Assembly (NCBI GenBank): GCA_963718585.1 | Contig: OY970357.1 | Span: forward strand, 780,001-812,000 | DNA length: 32,000 nucleotides | Reading direction: 5' to 3' | Origin: Candidatus Saccharimonadota bacterium | GTDB lineage: Bacteria > Patescibacteriota > Patescibacteriia > 2-12-FULL-60-25 | Shown here: one piece after another, positions 26,447-32,000 of the stretch | How positions within the stretch are numbered: the first letter of the stretch is position 1 | Layout: each line of letters begins with the position of its first letter | Notes under the pieces: generated by a model | The model's input: only the letters and a program-made list of their open reading frames with translations | Told to the model about the DNA's origin: nothing | The model's database searches: none | Translations under genes and position numbers: made by a program

Positions 26447-27034
26447 ATGACACGCGCCGCACGCACGGAACTGAACGATGTTTTGAACAAGACGCCGCGC
26501 CAGATCTCCGGCGTGAGCAAGATCCGACCCGCCCTGACGCGGATCCGCAAGACCGGCGCCAAGATCGTCCTCACACAGGGATCATATGATCTCGTCCACA
26601 TCGGCCACGCCCGGTATCTTGAGACCGCAAAACAGCACGGGGATGTCCTCATCGTGGGCATCGACGCAGATGACAAGATCCGAAAACGAAAAGGTCCGGA
26701 ACGACCCATCGTCCCACAGGATGAACGGATGGAGATGGTCTTACATCTCAGACCCGTCGATCTCGTCGTGCTCAAACGGTTGAAGGATCCAAAGTGGCAG
26801 CTCATCAAGACCATCAAGCCGGATGTCCTCATCGCCACAAAGGATGTCTATGACGACAAAGAGATCGCCCGGCTGAAGAAATTCTGCAAAAAGGTCGTTG
26901 TGCTCGAGCGCATGGCCACGACCTCGACGAGCGCCAAGATCCGCCATCTCCAGATGAAGACCGCAAAGAAGCTCGAGCGAACGCTGACCCCAAAACTCGT
27001 CCGCGCCCTGCAAGAAGCCCTTGCCGGCGTCTGA
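26447..27034 (+). CDS. Cytidylyltransferase-like (HxGH) nucleotidyltransferase, RfaE-domain-II/TagD-like
   Basis: KIVLTQGSYDLVHIGHARYLETAKQHGDVLIVGIDADDKIRKRKGPERPIVPQDERMEMV closely follows the RfaE-II/HldC pattern, as I recall it. It is a distant paralogue of 8108..8593. Confidence 0.8.
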   Translation: MTRAARTELNDVLNKTPRQISGVSKIRPALTRIRKTGAKIVLTQGSYDLVHIGHARYLETAKQHGDVLIVGIDADDKIRKRKGPERPIVPQDERMEMVLHLRPVDLVVLKRLKDPKWQLIKTIKPDVLIATKDVYDDKEIARLKKFCKKVVVLERMATTSTSAKIRHLQMKTAKKLERTLTPKLVRALQEALAGV

Positions 27035-27037
27035 CCT

Positions 27038-27868
27038 ATGCCCGCGATCGTCGTCTATGTCCCCGTCCTCCACGAGGGATATCGAAAGCTATTCGAACGC
27101 CATCCGGACGCTCGGGAGCTCTATCTCTTCGGCGATGATGTGATCGCGGAATTCCCGCATCTCATCAAAGACATCCGAAGGCTGGATCCGACACTGATCC
27201 GGAAGGCGATCGAGGCGTGGAAGCGTTTCGACAACGTCACGATCCTGGACGCGGCGGCGATCAAGACGTTGCGGGAGGTAAAGACTCCGCTCATCGTCTC
27301 GGATGATGATCTCACGACCGACCTCGTCCAGAGATATTTTCCAGACAACCCCATCGAACGCGATACGATCTTCCTCCGTTGGGACAAAAAAACATCCGTG
27401 GAACCCATGCAGGTCTCCCCCGATATCGCTGTGAGTGAAACGGAGATCGATCACAAGATGATGGAGATGGCAAAGGCGGAAGGCGCGGAGAGCCGCGACT
27501 GGTGGCGTAGGATCGGCGCACTCGCCGTGAAGGATGGGGACATTTTGTTCAAAGCACACAACCACTACGTCCCCTCGGATCAGATCGCGTATGACGAAGG
27601 CGATCCGCGCAGCAACTTCAAAAGCGGCGAGCACTTTGAATCCTCACTGGCGATCCACGCGGAAGCGTCGCTCGTGGCCCAAGCGGCGCGTGAAGGCGTC
27701 TCTCTCAAAGGCGCGGACGTCTATTGCGACACGTTCCCCTGCCCGCCCTGCGCGAAACAGCTCGCCTATGCCGGCATTGCCCGATTGTTCTACCACACGG
27801 GATACAAGATCCTCGACGGCGAACGGATCCTCAAGAGCCAAAGCGTGCAGATCGTTTACGTGAAATAA
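27038..27868 (+). CDS. dCMP/cytidine deaminase-fold protein with an unassigned ~135-aa N-terminal domain
   Basis: The C-terminal half has HAEASLVAQAA and PCPPCAKQLAYAGI (the HAE...PCxxC zinc site) in a dCMP-deaminase-like context. The N-terminal part, MPAIVVYVPVLHEGYRKLFERHPDARELYLFGDD..., matches nothing I recognise. Confidence 0.85.
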   Translation: MPAIVVYVPVLHEGYRKLFERHPDARELYLFGDDVIAEFPHLIKDIRRLDPTLIRKAIEAWKRFDNVTILDAAAIKTLREVKTPLIVSDDDLTTDLVQRYFPDNPIERDTIFLRWDKKTSVEPMQVSPDIAVSETEIDHKMMEMAKAEGAESRDWWRRIGALAVKDGDILFKAHNHYVPSDQIAYDEGDPRSNFKSGEHFESSLAIHAEASLVAQAAREGVSLKGADVYCDTFPCPPCAKQLAYAGIARLFYHTGYKILDGERILKSQSVQIVYVK

Positions 27869-27894
27869 AAAACCCCGCCGGCGAGCCGACGAGG
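27867..27894 (-). terminator. Rho-independent terminator ending the minus-strand thyA-folA-HIT operon
   Basis: Minus-strand RNA CCUCGUCGGC-GCCGGCGGGG pairs with two G.U wobbles and is followed by UUUUUUAUUU. On the plus strand the same positions are C.A mismatches and no U-run follows. Confidence 0.55.
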
Positions 27895-27902
27895 CAAAAA
27901 GA

Positions 27903-28493
27903 TCAGAGACGGCCCTCGATGAGGACTCGCTCTTGTTCGGAGAGCTGTGAGAGCGGGATCCCTTTCCGCAGCTTCTCGAAGACGTACATACGCGCGGTCT
28001 GTTGCGCGATCTCCTCCGGCGACTTGGCGAGCATCACTTCGACGACACCCGTTTGGTCCGGGATGATGATGTTCCCGTGCAGATGCAGGACCGTGCCCGC
28101 GTTGTGCGTCGGGGATCCGAAGCGCATCACGAATCCCCCGCCGTCGAACTGGTATTGCCGGCGTGCCCAGTCGAACAAACGCCCCATACTGACGAAATCT
28201 TCAGGACGGATATCATCCCCCGGCGCGACATGGCGCTTCGGCGCCATCACGAGATGAAGATCCGTATGCGTTAACGGGAATGGATTTGCCCAGATCCGCC
28301 ACGTCCCCGCCTCCATGAGGACCTGGTCGAGGTTCGGATCGAGCGGATCGCAGAACGGACACTTTGCCACCCGGTATCCGCCGATCATGCTGACGTACTG
28401 GGGGAAGGTCCGACAGGACGCGAGCGTTCGAATCTGATCCTCTGTCAGCCCGTCGATATTTGGTACATCCGGTCGCCGCACATCAACCTCCAT
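27903..28493 (-). CDS. HIT-superfamily protein, GalT/Apa-like variant (HxHxN)
   Basis: 196 aa. It has the CPFC zinc knuckle (AKCPFCDP) and the motif GGGFVMRFGSPTHNAGTVLHLHGNIIIPD. It is a paralogue of 28556..29044 with an additional ~45-aa C-terminal tail. Confidence 0.75.
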   Translation of the reverse strand: MEVDVRRPDVPNIDGLTEDQIRTLASCRTFPQYVSMIGGYRVAKCPFCDPLDPNLDQVLMEAGTWRIWANPFPLTHTDLHLVMAPKRHVAPGDDIRPEDFVSMGRLFDWARRQYQFDGGGFVMRFGSPTHNAGTVLHLHGNIIIPDQTGVVEVMLAKSPEEIAQQTARMYVFEKLRKGIPLSQLSEQERVLIEGRL

Positions 28494-28555
28494 GTTGATA
28501 GTAAAAAGAGCCTCTGCACTTCAACACGAGACTTAAAACCGCGTCAATGTTCCGA

Positions 28556-29044
28556 TCAGGATGTTTTCTTCTTATAGTCCTTCGGCTGACCGAACTTGAA
28601 TTTCCACGCTTCGGATTCCCCGAGCGCTCCGAGATCCGGTTCGATGAGATGCGCGTGGATGTGCGCGACGCTTGAGCCGTAGTTCCCGTTCGGAGATGTC
28701 CCGAACCGGATCGCGACGCCGCCGCCCTCCATGTTCCGCGCGCGCGACTCCTCTCCGAACATCTCGAAGAGCTCTTTTCCCGCTTCGGGCTCCACGTCCT
28801 TCAGATGTTCTACGTGTGTCTTGTAGACGGCGAGCAGTTGATGCTTCACCTTGTCATAGGGCCACTGATTCTCGGTCAACAACCAGTATTTCCCCTCTTT
28901 CAGGATGGGATTCTTGTGATAGTTCGACAGGTTCTCGATGCAGAACGGGCAATGCCCCTGCCGGTCGATCTCTTCCATGACCGTGCGCTGATCCTCCCGG
29001 CGCACGGTCTTGAGATTGATGAAACGGTTACCGCCGTCGGTCAT
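28556..29044 (-). CDS. HIT family protein (canonical HxHxHxx)
   Basis: HCPFCIEN and GGGVAIRFGTSPNGNYGSSVAHIHAHLIEPD are present. The track start 29080 lies deep inside folA. ATG 29044 (MTDGGNRF...) overlaps the folA 3' end by 17 nt. Confidence 0.8.
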   Translation of the reverse strand: MTDGGNRFINLKTVRREDQRTVMEEIDRQGHCPFCIENLSNYHKNPILKEGKYWLLTENQWPYDKVKHQLLAVYKTHVEHLKDVEPEAGKELFEMFGEESRARNMEGGGVAIRFGTSPNGNYGSSVAHIHAHLIEPDLGALGESEAWKFKFGQPKDYKKKTS

Positions 29045-29525
29045 AGATCTGGAACGTCGCATCGAATTCGTTCTTCTCATCCTTTGGCCACTCCTCCTCG
29101 TGGGTCAATGTCCATTGGGAGAAATCGATCTCCGGGAGCTTGATGTCACCATCCGAATCCGTATGCACGCGCGTGAGGTACAATCGGTCCGCAAGCGGAA
29201 GCATCTGTCCGTAGACGGACGCGCCGCCGATGACAAACGCGTCCTCATCTTTGACCTGATCCACCGCCGTCGGGATCGAATCCACGACGATACACCCCTC
29301 GGGCGCTTCGAATCCTGGCTCATTCGAGAGGATGACATTGGTCCGGTTCGGAAGCGGCTTCCCGAGACGGGAAACGATCGACCGAAAGGTACGCAATCCC
29401 AAGATCACCGGATGCCCGGTGGTCAACTCTTTGAAATTCTTCAGATCGCGCGACATCTGCCACGGGAGATCATCCCCTCTCCCGATGATGTCGTTGTCTG
29501 ACGCGGCGACGATGACGGAAAGCAT
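29028..29525 (-). CDS. folA: Dihydrofolate reductase
   Basis: 165 aa. IVAASDNDIIGRGDDLPWQMSRDLKNFKELTTGHPVILGLRTFRSI and VIGGASVYGQ are typical. The gene starts 3 nt after the thyA stop. Confidence 0.9.
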   Translation of the reverse strand: MLSVIVAASDNDIIGRGDDLPWQMSRDLKNFKELTTGHPVILGLRTFRSIVSRLGKPLPNRTNVILSNEPGFEAPEGCIVVDSIPTAVDQVKDEDAFVIGGASVYGQMLPLADRLYLTRVHTDSDGDIKLPEIDFSQWTLTHEEEWPKDEKNEFDATFQIYDRRR

Positions 29526-29528
29526 AGA

Positions 29529-30446
29529 TCAGATGGCGACCGGAATGGCCTTGATCCCGGGGTGAGGCTCGTAATCAGACAACGTGAAATGCTCGTGTCG
29601 CGTCGCGAAGAAATCCGTGACCGACGGATCCAGCGTCATGGTCGCAAGCTTCTTCGGCTCGCGGCTCAACATCGTCTCGACCGCCGGGACCTGGTCCACG
29701 TAGATATGCGCATCCGAGATCGTATGGACGTACTCATACGGCTCCGTGCCGGTCGCCCGTGCGATCATCAAAAGAAGCGCTCCATATTGGACCATGTTCG
29801 ACGGAACGCCGACCGGCACGTCACCGGAGCGTTGGAACATATGCAGGGTCAGCTTGTTGTCGATGACACGCAGATGGATCCAGCCGTGGCACGGCGCGAC
29901 CACGACCCGCTGCTGCTTGCCGGTCCCCCGGACCGTGTACTGCGGGATCCACGGCGAGATGAAATGCGTCCGGAGATGCGGGAACTCACGGATCTGCTCG
30001 ATGATGTTCTGGAACTGGTTATACGTCGGCCCTTCAGCGGTCGGAAAATCGTGGAACGCCGCACCGTAGGATCCTGGACCGAGATCCCCAGGTTCCAGAC
30101 CGCGCTTCGCGCACTTCTCGGGTGTGACCCAGGCCTTCCACCACGTGCAACCGAATTCCTCCAACCCTTCCTGCGTACGGACGCCGTTCGCAAAGGCGCA
30201 GATCTCGCCGACCGCCTGACGCCACACCGTGACCGGCAGGCGCTCCGACTCTTTCGGCGCCATGTTGCGTTCGTTGATGATCGGGAAACCATTCTCGTAT
30301 CGGAACCGCATGGGCGTCGCCCCCATGAGCGTAATGGCATCCACGCCCTGCTGGCTGTTGGTGCGGACACCTCGGTCCATGATGTCACGCAGAAGGCGCT
30401 GATATTGGTCGTCCGGCGTGCGTTGGTCGAGAGGCTTCATCTCCAT
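29529..30446 (-). CDS. thyA: Thymidylate synthase (ThyA family, divergent)
   Basis: 305 aa. VVAPCHGW (catalytic Cys), FQRSGDVPVGVPSNMVQY, SDAHIY and the C-terminus YEPHPGIKAIPVAI are present. Confidence 0.88.
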   Translation of the reverse strand: MEMKPLDQRTPDDQYQRLLRDIMDRGVRTNSQQGVDAITLMGATPMRFRYENGFPIINERNMAPKESERLPVTVWRQAVGEICAFANGVRTQEGLEEFGCTWWKAWVTPEKCAKRGLEPGDLGPGSYGAAFHDFPTAEGPTYNQFQNIIEQIREFPHLRTHFISPWIPQYTVRGTGKQQRVVVAPCHGWIHLRVIDNKLTLHMFQRSGDVPVGVPSNMVQYGALLLMIARATGTEPYEYVHTISDAHIYVDQVPAVETMLSREPKKLATMTLDPSVTDFFATRHEHFTLSDYEPHPGIKAIPVAI

Positions 30447-30511
30447 AGGTCTGCATGGTCACAAAGCCGCGACGCAACGTCAAACGTGCGCCGTGAATGT
30501 CTCAAAAACCC

Positions 30512-31141
30512 TTACTTTTTGATGACGATCGCGAGGTCGTGAATGACGATCTTATCATCGCTCCCGGGAGGCTTGATCTCGGTCGTGGTCGGGACTTCCA
30601 TGAAGGCGACTCCTCGCTTAGAGAGCTCCATCTGGATCGCGATCATGTCGACCGGGTGCGTGCCCGCGGGCGGCGTGTACCCCTGCGGCGGATCGTAGTC
30701 TTCCACGCCGAACGTGAAGACCGCCATCCCGCCCGGTGCGAGCGCGTCTCCTGCATGCACGAGCGGCAAAGCCTGCTTCGCCGGATCGATGAAACGGATG
30801 ACCGTGTCGCTGTACAACACGTCATAGGGCGGATGCGACAATGGCTGGGTGATGTCATGACGCTCCACGCCGCTTTCTGCGCCCTGTAGATGATCGACCG
30901 TGATGTCGAATGTCGTCATTTGGATCGGACGTTCCAATACGCGCTCGAAGATCTGTTGATGTCCGGGGATGAACCGCTTGTCCCCGCACCCGAGGATCCC
31001 GACCCGTGCCGGCGAGACCGTCGACGACGGGAGGCCGACAGCAGTGAACACCTGCCGCAGCTGCATCTCTTTGACGCGAAGACGCTCCGCGATCTCTGCA
31101 TCCGAACGATCGGCGAGCGACTGATGGAAGGGCGTAAGCAT
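30512..31141 (-). CDS. Class I SAM-dependent methyltransferase-like protein
   Basis: The track ORF runs to 31273, but its first 44 codons are antisense to the divergent membrane gene. I start at ATG 31141. Motifs are VGILGCGDKRF (motif I-like), TTFDI, YDVLYSDTVIRFI and LAPGGMAVFTF. Target unknown. Confidence 0.65.
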   Translation of the reverse strand: MLTPFHQSLADRSDAEIAERLRVKEMQLRQVFTAVGLPSSTVSPARVGILGCGDKRFIPGHQQIFERVLERPIQMTTFDITVDHLQGAESGVERHDITQPLSHPPYDVLYSDTVIRFIDPAKQALPLVHAGDALAPGGMAVFTFGVEDYDPPQGYTPPAGTHPVDMIAIQMELSKRGVAFMEVPTTTEIKPPGSDDKIVIHDLAIVIKK

Positions 31142-31190
31142 ACGGCCATAGCATCGCACAAAACGGACTTTCTTGGTATCCTGCCGCCAT

Positions 31191-32000
31191 ATGGCCACAC
31201 AATTACCCGGGGCACGCGAGCTGATCAGCAGCTCATGGAAGGCGTTCCGCACGAATTGGAATGACTTCCTCAAAGTCTCGATCTGGTTCCTCTACCTGGG
31301 CTTCGTAGACTTCGCCCTCTACGCCCTCGTCAAGATCTCTCCGGTCTTCGAACTCCTGAGCAACATCCTTTCCATCGGCGTAGGGATCATCTGGTTCTGG
31401 GCCATGATCCGACTTCTGCAAACGGTCCTTCGCATGGAGGACGGGAAAAAGCCGGACATGAGCGTTGCCGCCATGAAGGACGCGTGGCGCCTCTGGCTCC
31501 GTCTCTTCTGGATCATGATCTTGATGGTCGTGATCCTGATCGCGACCGTGATCCCGCTGGCCGTCTGGCTCTACTTCCTCCCGACAGGTCTTATCGCATG
31601 GCTCTCCGCCCAACCATGGGTCGATGGGATCGTGATCGCCCTCTTGATCGTCCCGGCGATCTACGTCGGACTTCGCCTCGCCTTTGCGCAGTTCCTCGCG
31701 ATCGATAAGGATGCGACGGGTCTGAAGGCTCTCGCCCAATCATCGGATCTCGTCCGCGGGCGCTGGCTCGCGACCTTCTGGCGTCAGATCGCCGGCGGTC
31801 TCTTTTTCGGGATCGCCCTGTGGCTTGGATTGAGCGTCCTCTTCCTGCTCCTTGCCGTCATCCTGGGTCCGGACCGCTATGCCGCCCTTGCGAGCCCGGA
31901 GACGCGCGATCCCCTCTTCAGTGCCGCCCTTGGCCTCCTCAACGGTGTGATCGAGGCGTCCGTCCTGCCTCTGTTCGTGGTCTACGGCGTCAAACTCTAT
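31191..32000 (+). CDS. Polytopic membrane protein, C-terminus cut by the window edge
   Basis: Not in the track because it has no stop in the window. My translation from ATG 31191 reads MATQLPGARELISSSWKAFRTNWNDFLKVSIWFLYLGFVDFALYALV...LRLFWIMILMVVILIATVIPLAVWLYFL...GIVIALLIVPAIYVGLRLAF...GGLFFGIALWLGLSVLFLLLAVIL. It stays open to position 32000. TTG 31173 is an alternative start. Confidence 0.7.
   Translation, partial: MATQLPGARELISSSWKAFRTNWNDFLKVSIWFLYLGFVDFALYALVKISPVFELLSNILSIGVGIIWFWAMIRLLQTVLRMEDGKKPDMSVAAMKDAWRLWLRLFWIMILMVVILIATVIPLAVWLYFLPTGLIAWLSAQPWVDGIVIALLIVPAIYVGLRLAFAQFLAIDKDATGLKALAQSSDLVRGRWLATFWRQIAGGLFFGIALWLGLSVLFLLLAVILGPDRYAALASPETRDPLFSAALGLLNGVIEASVLPLFVVYGVKLY

Noticed and set aside
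29529-30446. Reading the ThyA homologue as a dCMP hydroxymethylase
   Set aside because: The position that selects the pyrimidine is Asn (VPSNMVQY), as in dUMP-specific enzymes, not the Asp of dCMP hydroxymethylases. The adjacent DHFR fits ordinary thymidylate synthesis.
29562-30542. 326-aa plus-strand ORF
   Set aside because: It is antisense to thyA. It is Arg-rich and has no motifs.
25227-31273. Calling the nucleotide cluster a prophage or mobile island
   Set aside because: There are no integrase, transposase, capsid or terminase genes and no flanking repeats. I saw no obvious compositional break from the surrounding housekeeping genes.
31233-31739. 168-aa minus-strand ORF
   Set aside because: It is antisense to the polytopic membrane gene that runs from 31191 off the window. 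Its Asp/Glu/Arg/His-rich sequence looks like the mirror of hydrophobic codons.

Overview
GC-rich, densely coding bacterial chromosomal window. I call 35 protein genes (two cut by the window edges) and one tRNA. I saw no rRNA, CRISPR array, transposase or integrase. Most content is housekeeping: rpsU, a yqeY-like gene, hisS, lepB, prmC, murA, rplY, an FtsW/RodA-type SEDS protein, gyrB, secE-nusG-rplK, rplA, pyrF-pyrE, thyA-folA and a dCMP deaminase. The compact gene set, TrbC/VirB2-like pilin modules heading giant surface proteins, DUF3048 and an orphan receiver domain suggest a Patescibacteria/CPR-type genome; this is inference only. Items worth a second look: (1) a convergent nucleotide-metabolism cluster at 25.2-31.3 kb, where the dCMP-to-dTMP enzymes sit with two CPFC-HIT paralogues, a SAM methyltransferase, a HIGH-motif nucleotidyltransferase, a P-loop kinase and an unknown domain fused to the deaminase; (2) a 254-bp intergenic region made of two inverted arrays of 13 x 7-nt CTAG-rich repeats; (3) a structured ~130-nt element between two hairpin terminators, bracketed by a 19-nt direct repeat of the tRNA-Val 3' end; (4) rplK and rplA separated by a 2.9-kb four-gene insertion; (5) tandem pilin-headed surface proteins; (6) a recurring arrangement of a -10 box 6-8 nt from the ATG, implying leaderless mRNAs. 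The many long ORFs antisense to these genes are high-GC artefacts. All family assignments are by-eye motif recognition; no searches were run.
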